Shown here: positions 48,701-61,293 of the stretch, in pieces
Layout: every line of letters begins with the position of its first letter
Position numbering within the stretch: position 1 is the first letter of the stretch
NCBI GenBank assembly: GCA_977020255.1
Contig: CDROCS010002739.1
Location: 124,001-188,000 of the forward strand
Source: Obrimoposthia wandeli
Lineage: Eukaryota
Direction of reading: 5' to 3'
DNA: 64,000 nucleotides
The notes under the pieces: generated by a model
Databases searched by the model: none
The model's input: only the letters and a program-made list of their open reading frames with translations
What the model was told of the DNA's origin: nothing
Translations under genes and position numbers: made by a program

Positions 48701-51069
48701 ATTCAATAAGAAAGGTTCTGATGTCATTAAATAATCCTTGAGATACTGACTGAATAGCAAATCAGAGTTGAATTATGCAACGCTGTTTACCGGTTAACTT
48801 CTACTTTAGAGCCAGTGAAATACACCAAGTATATTTGATCATTTACATTATACTTAAAACTTACTTTCAATTCAATATTTTCTTCTCTGAGATTACTTCA
48901 GCCTGATTTTTACTCTGTGTGTTTTCGTTCCGAATTATTACTACTGGCAGTGTATTATTCACACAGTTAGAGAAAATATCCAAACGTAAAATGATTAAAT
49001 TTCGCAGCGATAGTTCTTCAGCAGTGTAACAACTACTGCTAATTCAACAACAGCAGTAATATTAGAGGTAGTGGGACAGAGAATATTGTCTCAGTGTTAA
49101 CAACAAATACAGAGAGAAACAGAGTTTCATTTGTGCCATTGAATTTTTCCATATCTCATCTTTGTGTCGATCTGAAATATAGTTAGATTAGTTGATTGCA
49201 TTTGGTATGTGTGTTAAGATAGATTTATTGTACACAGTTGACAGAGATGATGATGATTATTGTACACATACATGCAAAGTCTGCATACAAACATACAGAA
49301 TTGTGAAATGGTTAGAAAATATTATTACTATAAATTACTATGAATACTATGTAAAGTAATAATAATAATAATGATAATAATGTCTTTATCAAAATGTCTT
49401 GCAAAGCACACCAACTTCAATTCCACTGTCATTTCTCTGCATACATACAATCTACATTCTGAAAATACACACGAACCCGGCCAGAGAGAAAAACGATGAC
49501 TATTCAGGAAATATCACAAGCCAACACAGCTGTGGATTATCTTGAATGAGAAGAAACATTTCTCTAATTATGTGTTCAGTGTGTTAGAAATCAATGATTG
49601 AGGGTATGCTTGTAATTTTCAATTTCATTAGACACACTCATACTCTCCAAGTCGATTATGTAACAAACGATTCTTGGCAGAAGTTATCTAACCCCTGAAT
49701 TTGTGTGTGTGTATATTCACAGTGTTTGTGTCGCGAATTCATCATCACTCATATCGTCGGTGACTAAAATGTATTGATTAAATATTTCTCTCTCGATTCA
49801 AGGCCACTTTGTGCCTACAACACAAGCACTATTTATTAATTTTGTCAGCTATTTTTCATTCTTATCGATGTCGCTTTCAAACGCCATAAAGCCTAATAAT
49901 TTTCTCAGTCTTCATACAGTCTGTGTGTCGTTCGTGTAGATGTGTTGGTTATATTTTGTTTTTAGTCTTTAAAGTCAGACTTAAAAATTACAGTCACCAA
50001 TTTTACTGCACTTATTTTAAGTTAATTGCAACTGGTATAACTTCAACTGTTAATTATTTGATTTGTATACATGTTTTGATGTCGGTTTTTCTTCTTAACA
50101 TACTGCTGACCAAGTTGTGAGTTGTGTCGATGGTGTGAACACGATTATTACATTCATTGTGACGCAATTTCTTCTAATTCAGTTGACTTTCGATTATATT
50201 TTGCTAAATTAGCTCTGGAATTAAGAGAATTACTGCACTACTTCTGAATACGCCTGACTTTGTAGGCATGCATGTGTCAAATTATGCCGTTTTGATTACA
50301 TTTCAAACTGAATATTACTGCTAATTCATTTATTTATGCTTCTATTACTAGGAGATTTACCATGTATTAATCGATTTTGACCACTAGGTAATTTGAATTA
50401 AAATTTAGTCATTTTAACAGAATAATTACGAAAAGTATTTAAGATTACAATTCATTTTAAATATATTTTCTGTCTGTATTTTTATTTTGTTTCAAAATCT
50501 GTACAAATTTTCATCAAACATTCTTTTAGCTGAATTTTTCATGCAGAAAACTTTTAAATTTACTATCTGTCAGATAGTACAATGTCTTATCCTTGACTAC
50601 ATACATAGTGTACATGATTGTTCCTTCAGTGATACCTATGGTGAAGAAAATTGATCCGAGATTTGGCAAAAGAAGGTGTATGAGGATGCTGTGCACGTCC
50701 AGATCAGTTAACGACAAGCATACTACTCTTCTTTTTGGGCTGTTGGCATATTTTATTCTATTTGAGATTTCTTGGACATTAGCATATACTGTAGAACTTC
50801 TAGACATGCCTTTAATTTCATTATTGAATGTCTGAAACGATACATGGATCAATTTGGGGTAATAAAAGGTTAGAGGGTTTAATTTAGTCATCTGCTTTTA
50901 AATTTAACCTTTAAGTGTGGATGATGTGTTAATCCTATATACCAACTCGTTTTATTTGTGATTGATTATGTTGTTTTAATTTTGTTGCTAATAATTTAAT
51001 TTCCTAGGTGTAATACTTAACTACAGAAAATAGTACAGAAAATAATACACTTTATAAGGTTATTTTATT

Positions 51070-53400
51070 TTAGTAAACAACGTTAACACGATAAAAAGTG
51101 TACAGGGTAACTGCAAACAGGCAATATAATAACGTATAATTGAACAAAGAATATTCACAGTAAATAGCAACGAATAAAATTAGAATAATACAGAATCCAA
51201 AGGGAGATATATGTAGGTTTTATTGTTTAATGATTGTTGTTATTAGGTATAATATATGAAGCTGGGGGTTTGCACAATGGTATATTATATGAGGGTGGGG
51301 ATTGTTGATTGTTTTCAAATGGATAGTTAGTGTATTGAATGTCCATATCATTTTATACTCACCGTTCTTATCTCTTCGTATCTCAGAGTTAGACATTTGC
51401 TATGATTCTTTGAAATCACCAGATTAATTTCGTCGACAATCATGTCAAGATGCTTCTGCGTATAGTTTAATTTTTTATTCAATTTAAAAACGACATCATC
51501 ACTCTGAATCTTACCTGTGTCTTGCCTGTTAATTCTTCATCTGTTCTTCGGCAAAAAATACAAGTTCTGTACTGAAGTAAGGTGTTATTTTTATTTTATT
51601 TTATATAACATATTGCTTCGTCTATTGAAAAGTTATTATGATCGATTAATAAAGTCATACAAATTATGAAATTTCCTTTATCTTAGATTAAAACTTTGTT
51701 ATTATTATTTGGTTCGTTTCTGATTGAAACTTGATCATTTGTAAGTGTTCTCTGATTTTAGCTAACCGTCTTTCAGTAAAATGGACGAACTTTGGTCTAT
51801 TCGTTCATAGATTATTTTTAAGGATTAATCCCGTATCTATTGCATCGATTGTTTCAGAATTTTAACCCGATTATTTCATTGTTATTTCACGTGTTTGGTT
51901 TTTTAGTCGACTGACAATAACCTTATTGTAATTACAACAGTAAGAAATTATTTTCCTCGATTCTCACGGAATATCATGCAATCTATGGTTCTTTTGTTGC
52001 ACGATCTGGTATTTGAAAATCTGTCCAAAGAGGTTTAGATTTGGGTAAAATATACTTCTACGTTTTTCGTCAGTATTTTAACACATTTATTTATTCCTGT
52101 TTTTTTCTGAATTTCTGAGTATACAGCGGTTGAATATAATATATGTTTTTAACCATGATTAAATACTTTCTCTTTTCACTCTATTTTCTTTCTTTCTACC
52201 TTATTTGTTTTATCACAATATTTTTCAGGTCCTTGATTCCGTTGTCTTTTACTTTAGTTGTGTACAGTTTAATACCCTATATTCTGGTTCATTTGACCAT
52301 GTTACATTTATAACGTGTTTTACTCAAAAGTGTAGTAATTTTGATTCGTCTATATTTTTACTGCAGCCCGATAACTATTTTAAATAAGAAATATACAATT
52401 ACTTTTTTTGTTATCATATTCATTTTTGCGAATTTTATAGGCTATTGAAATAATTTTCTAAGCACTACAAATTTACTGCGCCTAAAAAAAATTAATTCTG
52501 TTTAATAACAAACACTACTCGCTTTTGCAATTCAACAGAAATGATTAAATTTCAAAACAGGAAACTGCATTTGCACGTAGGATCAAATTTTGTCAAAAAT
52601 AGTTATTCATAAACTAAAATATTTAACTATACATATGTGTTTTGTTTAATTTTTTTAAATGAATAAAATAAGAAAAATCGAAAATGAGTGTCGCGTTTTT
52701 ATTGAAGGATGGAGAACGAAATATTTTGTTTACTCAAGTGAAAACTAAAGCTATCTGTCTGATAGGTTTGGACAGCGTATCAGTTTTCAAAGAATTTAAC
52801 ATCAAGAGACATTTTACTACTAAACATTCAGAATACGGCCTTAACTTAACTTCTGAAACTAGAAAGGAATTAGCTACGAAATTAACTCAAAATATATCTC
52901 AACAGCAAAATGTTTTACTGGCCAAAATGCAGAACAGGAAATTTCAACTAAGGTGAGTTTTATTATTGCTCATAAAATTGCCTAAAGTAGTAAGCCATTT
53001 TCAGACGGGGAATTCATTAAACAATCTATGATAACATAGAAGAACCGTCACTGTCTAAATTTTTGGCAGTGACGGTTCTTTTATGTTATTCACTTCTATC
53101 TCAATTTCTGTCATGGGTTTAATAGTTAACTTTCTGTAGATGAACTCCCTTTCTACTAATTATTTTAGATATTTAGGAAATGTTCCAATAATGGGGGTAT
53201 TCTTTATAACCTGATTATTTTCTCTCTTTTGAAGGTTTTATTGTGATTTGTACTTTCATCTGCAGTTTCTAGCTGTGTGTTGTGATAATTACCTCTTATG
53301 TCTATGTGAAAATTTCTAAAATATTTTATACTGATTAAAATGATAGTTAAAGTTAATGGCATTAAGAACGATATTATAATTACTATCTTTATTATGTTCT
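51070..53400 (-). pseudogene. Decayed env-like membrane glycoprotein gene of an LTR element, interrupted by a hAT fragment
   Basis: Hydrophobic N-terminal stretch (IIKIVIIISFLMPLTLTIILISI), NKT/NVT/NCT sequons, RVKR at 52171-52182, hydrophobic C-terminus ending at TAA 51070; stops and frameshifts throughout. Confidence 0.5.
52684..53035 (+). mobile_element. hAT (Buster/SPIN/GTF2IRD2-like) transposase N-terminal fragment
   Basis: KAICLI..SVSVFKEFNIKRHFTTKH and VSFIIAHKIA*SSKPFSDGEFIKQ. Confidence 0.85.
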
Positions 53401-55189
53401 GTAACTTGTTTCCCGTGTTATTTATTTGGTATACAATTGATAGCTTTGGTTTTGGATATGTTTTAGTTCTTACTGTATTGTCTCAAAAATTGTCTAAAGG
53501 ATAATGTATTCTATATGCCTCGGTTATGTGTTGAATATTCTAGATAAATTATGTAGTCAAGTCTTTACTTATCAAAACTGTTATCCTCAAATGAATTCCT
53601 ATCTGAATCAGTACTTTATGATCGACTTTGTAAGGTGTTCAATACTAGATTAGAAAAACAGATTAAATCAAGTTATCGAAGGTTCACAATATTTTATTTT
53701 TAATATCAAATATAAAAACACTACTAATAATGATACTCATGTATACACAAAATACAAATATCACAAGGATAAACAACGTAAAATTCTTTTAAAAAATGTC
53801 TTCTTCTCCCGATGTGTCTGGACCTACTGTGTTTAGTGCCGTTTACAGGCTGATTTTATTTGACAAAACACACTGGGTGACAGTTAAGAAAGGCTAGGCT
53901 ATTAAGACAGGCTATTTGAATTAACCCCCGATTTTACAAAATATGTTATAAGAAATGACGATGGAACCGCTTACATGTCAAAGGTTAAAATAGTATTTTA
54001 TTAATTTTATGCAAGACAAAATAATCTACTCCCCGTAATCCGGTTGATCTGTATTCAGTCTAGGTAGTCCGGGAGGTTGTTCCGAGAATTGTTTTGTCCG
54101 AAGCTTGAGTTCGTGGTTGTTTGGGTTCTTTTCTCTTCCTCTAAGATTTCTACAATTTTTTTTGTCAATCTCTCCATGTCTTCTTCTTCTTGTTATACAA
54201 TTAGCAGGTCCAATGGAATCAGGACCAATCACAATGAATTCTTTCTGGTTCTTGGGACCAGAATTCTTTGCTGACTCGTGTGCTTTTCTATTGGCTTACA
54301 AATTCAATTCTTATTTTTGTTGTGGTGTCTCAGGTGACTTATATCTGTTGACTCAGAGGTGACCGTAGATTAATTAATTATTAAATACGTCTCCATTTTT
54401 TGTTTAAATATTCCTATATTGTACCCTTCTTATTTTATTTAATTTTAATTTAATCTTTCTGGGTGATGAAATGTCTTTGCCAGGACTATAAATAAAGCCA
54501 TTTAATTTAATATTTTTCATTTTAATTCGTCCGATTCTGGACCTTAACACATGTTATGACTGTTATTTCTTTGCATCGGCTATATTAATCGATAATATTA
54601 CGTCAAAGTTTTCACTACCAATTTTTCATAATATAATTTTACTTTCATTTGATTCTTTATATTAATTATATGTTAGGATTAGGTTTTGATTAGAATTAAA
54701 TAAATAATTGTTTTTATAGTAAAATGAAAATCCTTGAAAGCAAGGTTAAGAATTAAATAAATTTTAAAATCAAAGTTAAATTATTAAAATTAAAATGGGA
54801 ATAAAAATTAGAGGACCACGAAGGTCGTGTGTGGTGCGCTAGATGTGTATATAAGTTAAGACCTCAAAAAAGAAGGGCCGCAAAAATAAATAGAAAAGGA
54901 AAGAAGATTATTGCGAAAATTGAAATTAAGAAATAAGAATCACCATCAGCGAAATCAAGTGAGAATCACCATTAGCGCCAGACAACTATTCCGGATACAG
55001 ATCATCCATTAGCGCCAGACCACTATCCCGGATTCTGAACAAGTTCTCCGAAGTCAGCAGCCTAATCGGAAAGGTAATAGCACTTAGTTAAGTGATTACT
55101 AATTACTTTTAATTTACAGAAACCCGCGATTCTACTAACGACACTCGGCGAGGAGAAAGGAAATTTGCTATAAATAGCAACTACATTAA

Positions 55190-55333
55190 CCAACGAGTAC
55201 AGAAAAGCGAAAATTATAAATTGTACCAACGAGTACAGAAAAGCGAAAATTATAAATTGTACCAACGAGTACAGAAAAGCGAAAATTATAAATTGTACCA
55301 ACGAGTACAGAAAAGCGAAAATTATAAATTGTA
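55190..55333 (+). repeat. 36-bp tandem repeat x4
   Basis: CCAACGAGTACAGAAAAGCGAAAATTATAAATTGTA, four identical copies. Confidence 0.97.
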
Positions 55334-55372
55334 TCCAACGCGCATAGAAAGTAAAGATTTTTCATAAGTACA

Positions 55373-55504
55373 AATTGATTACTCTGCCAGAAGAGATCTA
55401 TCGTCAAGTGATCAACAGCGGAAAAGAACTTCGCAGAGAATTGATTACTCCGCCAGAAGAGATCCATCATCAAGTGATCAACAGCGGAGAGGGAATTCGC
55501 AGAG
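55373..55504 (+). repeat. 66-bp tandem repeat x2
   Basis: AATTGATTACTC(T/C)GCCAGAAGAGATC...TTCGCAGAG at 55373 and 55439. Confidence 0.9.
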
Positions 55505-55568
55505 GAATCAGACCGCGGAAAGGACAGAACCACTTCCAGTAACGCAAATAGGTGAGACGAGAGGTGAA

Positions 55569-56760
55569 AGTAAAGATTTTGAATCAGACAGTAAAGATTT
55601 TGAATTAGAAAGTAAAGATTTTGAATTAGACAGTAAAGATTTTGAATTAGAAAGTAAAGATTTTGAATTAGAAAGTAAAGATTTTGAATTGAACAGTAAA
55701 GATTTTGAATTAGAAAGTAAAGATTTTGAATTAAACAGTAAAGATTTTGAATTAGAAAGTAAAGATTTTGAATTAAACAGTAAAGATTTTGAATTAGAAA
55801 GTAAAGATTTTGAATTAAACAGTAAAGATTTTGAATTAGAAAGTAAAGATTTTGAATTAAACAGTAAAGATTTTGAATTAGAAAGTAAAGATTTTGAATT
55901 AAACAGTAAAGATTTTGAATTAGAAAGTAAAGATTTTGAATTAGACAGTGAAGATTTTGAATTAGAAAGTAAAGATTTTGAATTAGAAAGTAAAGATTTT
56001 GAATTAGAAAGTAAAGATTTTGAATTAGAAAGTAAAGATTTTGAATTAAACAGTAAAGATTTTGAATTAGAAAGTAAAGATTTTGAATTAAACAGTAAAG
56101 ATTTTGAATTAGAAAGTAAAGATTTTGAATTAGACAGTGAAGATTTTGAATTAGAAAGTAAAGATTTTGAATTAAACAGTAAAGATTTTGAATTAGAAAG
56201 TAAAGATTTTGAATTAAACAGTAAAGATTTTGAATTAGAAAGTAAAGATTTTGAATTAGACAGTAAAGATTTTGAATTAGAAAGTAAAGATTTTGAATTA
56301 AACAGTAAAGATTTTGAATTAGAAAGTAAAGATTTTGAATTAGACAGTGAAGATTTTGAATTAGAAAGTAAAGATTTTGAATTAAACAGTAAAGATTTCG
56401 AATTAGAAAGTAAAGATTTTGAATTAAACAGTAAAGATTTTGAATTAGAAAGTAAAGATTTTGAATTAGACAGTAAAGATTTTGAATTAGAAAGTAAAGA
56501 TTTTGAATTAGACAGTAAAGATTTTGAATTAGACAGTGAAGATTTTGAATTAGAAAGTAAAGATTTTGAATTAAACAGTAAAGATTTTGAATTAGAAAGT
56601 AAAGATTTTGAATTAGACAGTAAAGATTTTGAATTAGAAAGTAAAGATTTTGAATTAGACAGTAACGATTTTGAATTAGAAAGTAAAGATTTTGAATTAG
56701 ACAGTAAAGATTTTGAATTAGAAAGTGAAGATTTTGAATTAGACAGTAAAGATTTTGAAT
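55569..56760 (+). repeat. 21-bp minisatellite, about 57 units
   Basis: AGTAAAGATTTTGAATTA(GAA/AAC/GAC); no spacers. Confidence 0.98.
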
Positions 56761-56933
56761 AAAGTACATATTGATTTGGAATTACTGAATTTAAATTATT
56801 AGAGTAAGGACTCAAATAAACTAACCGACCTTAGCGTAAAATCGATACGTGGTTCATCCCCACTGGTGTAGAGACTTGCATAAGTCTTAGGAATTTTTAC
56901 CATACTTTTTAGAAAATACGTACGTAAACGTAT

Positions 56934-57170
56934 TGTTGTGTTTTAGTTTAGTGTGTTACCAATAAACGATTTCCTACATTAGAACACGTTGTTTTAAACC
57001 CTTCAGATTAAGAGACGTCAAACCAAACACCTTCAGATAAGCAATAGAGATAGGCAACTATAACACTAAGTAGGCCACGACCAACTTTAAGACCTGCTTC
57101 TATTCGAACTCACGTTGGGGCCCTCCGCACATAAGAGGATCTATACAAGTCTCGTATAGAAACCCCAACA
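56934..57170 (+). repeat. Solo LTR (237 bp), same family as the 60221 LTR
   Basis: TGTTG...CAACA termini, roughly 85-90% identical by eye to 60221-60455; no PBS after and no PPT before; TSD not clean (GTAT/TATA). Confidence 0.85.
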
Positions 57171-57639
57171 TATATGTACTTTTATTAATGTTGTTCTATC
57201 GCATTTTGTTAATGTCACTTTATGACTTTATGCTATGTCAAGGAATCTGTGTTCAGGATAACGTGAGTTTGTCTTTCGGGCCCCCCCCCCCCCCGAAGAA
57301 CCAGCGCCAGAATCTTTTTTCTGCAAATTTCTGTCAAAATCTTTTGAATATGCTACTTTTCGGACAAATTTAGACGATTCGTTTGAAAAATTCAGTCAAT
57401 ATTCGGTCATTTTCGGTCATTTTCGGACATTTTTAGACGGATAAAACCGTGTGTCTTTCGGGCCACCTCGATTACTGAGGCTATTTGAGTGACTTTCAGG
57501 TAAATTTTGAAATATTTCCGGGTAGATTTCCCACGTGTCTATAGGGCCAAGGCAAATTTACAGGCAAAAATTTGAATATTGAGGCCTTTTAAGGGATTTT
57601 ATTTTGAAACACATAATGTTAAGTAAATCTTTTTCCCAA

Positions 57640-58500
57640 TTCTTCGATAAATAAATCAAGTCGTTTTGCAAAATTTTCACCCAACTTTGAGCTTTTGCTG
57701 GAGAATATGCGGAGTACAAGTGGAAAAGTAAGATTTGTCGCTTTTCAACAGCGGACTCCCAAAAAGATTCAATTTCATTTTAAAACTATATTTACTGCTG
57801 CTAACTTTTCCAATACAAGTTGGTTCTTCCCGTGCGCTTTATAAAATTACAAAAGAAAAATTTATCATAATTCCACGCTTCTACTTTGGCTAAAGGAATT
57901 TTCGTGGTTCTTTTTCAAGGAAATTTTATATTTCTTCTTTCAATGTGCAAAATGCTGGACTCAACCGTCTTCCTTCTGTATGGCAGAATAAGTCGCTGCA
58001 CTCTGCATCTACATGTTCAAGAAAAGCCCTATAAGATCTACGTTTGAGTCCACTAGATATGGTGTAATTTACATTGGAATCTACCATCTGCAATACATGT
58101 TCTAACTTTAAGAATTTGCTGCATACACTCTGGACATGAATTATAGATTGATGTTTAATTATTTTTCTCCCGATAAATATCTCAAGTAGGGTAACCACAC
58201 CAATGTTTTCCCCACATTGCAGAGGCATCGTCTGTACAAATTGCTTCCAAATTGATAAAATAAGAACTCATTTTTTCAATCGCGCTCTTTCTCACTTCAT
58301 TGAGGATCCCTTTTCCTGTAGTGCATCCTGATATGGAGCACAAACAGCAAGTTCCTTAGTAATTTCAAAATTCTCATCAACATCTATAATAAAATCGAGA
58401 AGTTGCTGATATATTGTATATCTAGCTTTCCCGAAATAAAGAAACAGTATTAGGTCAAAAAGATTATGGAAAGGAGCATCTGATCGCATATACAAGCAGA
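57640..58500 (-). mobile_element. hAT (Buster/SPIN-like) transposase remnant
   Basis: FEITKELAV; VNYTISSGLKRRSYRAFLEHVDAECSDLFCHTEGRRLS...LKEEI is a degenerate HTEVRWLS block. Confidence 0.85.
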
Positions 58501-58829
58501 TTTTTGAACAAAGCAGAATCAGGTTATATTTCAGTCGAGAAAAAATATTTACCTATACCAGACATTATTTTAGAAACAAGATAACTTTATACACACATAA
58601 TAAATTGATCTAATGTTTTATGTTTCTAATTTTAATTAATAATATTAAAAAGAAAACAAACTAAAAATATAATACCTTGCGAAATCGAATAAATAACACA
58701 TGATATTTTTTTAATCATATTTGTATCATATTATTGTGTAATTTAATAATAATTCATCATAATTTTTAAGGATTATGATAATTATTATGATAGTTATGAT
58801 GATGCTGATGATACATAAATTTACAAGAT

Positions 58830-60220
58830 CCCAGATTAAAAGACATAAATGTAATAGAAGTAATAATAGAAACACAACTTAAAATTCGTAACAGAACACA
58901 ATATGTAATATTAGGGCACATACAATTAAATTAGACAAAAGATAATATTTTGAACCGTCTAAGAACTTAATAATTAAAACAATGAACTTCCGATCGTATG
59001 TTCAATAGGATATGCAATTATAATAAACTACCTGTAAGATTAATGAATCCAGCAAATGATATTATTGTACAAGAATAAGCAAATTAATCAGACTAGACGT
59101 GCTACACATAGAAGGAAATTAGATAAACAAGTTGAAGTGACGGATAATTACGAGGAAATAAAAATATAGTCTACGAGATTTAATCAACAACAAAAATTTA
59201 AATTTCTTGAATTAATTAATAGATTTCCAAAATAAATAGAATCAATACGATTTGCGAGAAACACCAGTAATTAAACACACAATACCTTTAACTGAAAACA
59301 AAGTTGTACGTAAACGCTCATACAGAGTACCGTTACACCAACAAGGATAAGTAAAATAGCAATTCGACACTATGTTAAAAGCAAGAGTAGTCAGACCGAG
59401 TTTCTCACCTTTATCAGCACCAGTGGTGCTAGTCCGCAAAAATGATGGAAAGACGTGATTCTGCATCGATTTCCGCGATTCAAACAAAATAACTAAAAAA
59501 TACGTGTAAAAAATGAAATTCATAGAATCGAAAAAATATTAGATAAATTAGGAAACTCGGGTTATTTTACAACATTACATCTCCAAAGTGGTTATTGACA
59601 GATCGAAATAGAGGAGGAAGACAAACACAAAACAGTTTTTTTCCTGCAGAGAAGGATTGTACGTGAGTGAAAAGATGCCTTTCAGCAACATTTCAGCGAT
59701 GCATGGATTTTGTGTTAGCAATAGACATATATAATAATTTTCTCAAATTCTTTTGATGAACTTTTTAAAAACAAATTAATTGTATTTTAAAGGTTAGAAA
59801 ATGCTAAACTTAAAGTTAAATCAACAAAGTGTGAATGGGACAAAAAAAGTAACATTCCTAGGTCACATAGTTTCGAAAGAGGGGATCAGACCTGATCCTG
59901 GTAATATTGAGAAAGTAACAGAACACCTCGTACCGACAACCGTTAAACAAATTAAAAAGTTTTCTAGGTTTAGTTAATTATTATCGACGTTTTGTGAAAC
60001 AGTTTTCAGAGATAGCAGGACCAATAAGAAAGCTCATAAAGAAAGACGAGACATTCGTCTGGGGAGCTGAAGCACAAAAAGCATTTGAGGAATTAAAACA
60101 AACTTTATTCAAGCTCCCATTTGAGCTTTTCCTGACATAAACAAACAATGTATATGACTGATGCTGGTAACTACGCTTTAGGAGCAGTACTAAGTCAAGA
60201 AGATGACGAAGAAAAAGTAT
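58830..60220 (+). mobile_element. Decayed Gypsy pol (RT and start of RNase H)
   Basis: RKRSYRVP, SPLSAPVVLVRKNDGKT*FCIDFR, LQSGY*QIEIEEEDKHKT, HFLGHIVS, TDAGNYALGAVLSQ; truncated by the LTR at 60221. Confidence 0.9.
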
Positions 60221-60455
60221 TGTTGTGTTAAATCTAGTGTGTTAACAATAAACGATTTCCTACATTAGAAAGCATTGTTTTAAACCCTTCAGACTAAGAG
60301 ACATCTAGACAAACACCTTCAGATAAGTAATTGAGACAGGCAACCATAACATTAAGTAGGCCACGACCAACTTTAAGACCTGCTTCTACAGAACTCACGT
60401 TGGGGCCCTCCACATTCAAGAGGATCTATATAAGTTTCATATAGAAACCCCAACA
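60221..60455 (+). repeat. 5' LTR (235 bp) of a young Gypsy-type element
   Basis: TGTTG...CAACA termini, followed by PBS, leader and intact gag. Confidence 0.92.
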
Positions 60456-60463
60456 TATTAAAG

Positions 60464-60482
60464 TGGTGCCACGAGTGAGGAT
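60464..60482 (+). promoter_or_regulatory. Primer-binding site
   Basis: TGGTGCCACGAGTGAGGAT, 8 nt after the LTR; resembles the complement of a tRNA-Leu 3' end (tRNA identity is inference). Confidence 0.7.
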
Positions 60483-60521
60483 AGCTCATCGGACACAGCG
60501 AATTCACATAGAATAGAGAGC

Positions 60522-60846
60522 AAACTGAGAATAAGTTACAGAAGAAATAAGTAAATTGAGAATAAGTTACAGAAGAAATAAGTAAATTGAGAATAAGTTT
60601 CAGAAGAAGAAAATATATGTAAATTGAGAATAAGTGTCAGAAGAAGAAAATATAAGCAAATTGAGAATAAGTTTCAGAAGAAGAAGATATAAGCAAATTG
60701 AGATAAGAGAATTGATAAGTTTTGAGAAATCGAGTAGATTTGTTCCTCGAGTTGAGAATTTGATAAGTTTTGAGAATCGAGTGGATTTGTTCCTCGAGTT
60801 AAGTAAAGTTGATAAGTTTTGCGAGTCGAGTGGATTGTTACTCGAG
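60522..60846 (+). repeat. Tandem repeats in the retroelement leader
   Basis: About 5 copies of a 31-38 bp unit AAATTGAGAATAAGTT(A/T)CAGAAGAA..., then 3 copies of a ~48-bp unit TTGATAAGTTTTGAGAATCGAGTGGATTTGTTCCTCGAG. Confidence 0.85.
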
Positions 60847-61293
60847 GTAATTAATTGAATAGGTTAAGTCGAGAGACGTGTCATCGAACTAATTAAGAGA
60901 TATAAGAAATCGTAAAATAAGAATTGTGAAATAAGATAAAGTAATAAGTAAATTGATATCGTAAACGAATACATAATTGATAAGACAACGGATAATAGAA
61001 AAGGACCCGCGTTTAATACTAGAAGACAAAGTCAGATTCCCCAGGAAGAGATAAATAATAATAAATTTAACCGAATTGTACAGGTTCCCCAAACAGATAA
61101 CAAGACTAGAATCAAAGAAAACGTATCAGAAAGAGACGTGAATCAATCAGCAGTTTCAACCGACAGTTTTGATCTGATTGAGTTGTTTGGTGACATAAAC
61201 CCAGAAGAATTTGAAATTGCCAATCCAGTAGAGGTTGAGGAAGTTCAATTGAATAATATTGAAGAAATAGTTGAGGAGGATATAATTGAAAAT

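Noticed and set aside
55569-56760. CRISPR-like array
   Set aside because: Head-to-tail units with no unique spacers, no cas genes, eukaryotic context; the same applies to the 9760 and 11075 arrays
55186-56815. Three long ORFs (527, 435 and 357 aa)
   Set aside because: By-products of a stop-free 21-bp (7-codon) minisatellite; no evidence they encode proteins
56845-56875. Degenerate minus-strand PBS (CACCAGTGGGGAT) for the 51-56.8 kb element
   Set aside because: Lacks the TGG start and an adjacent recognisable LTR end
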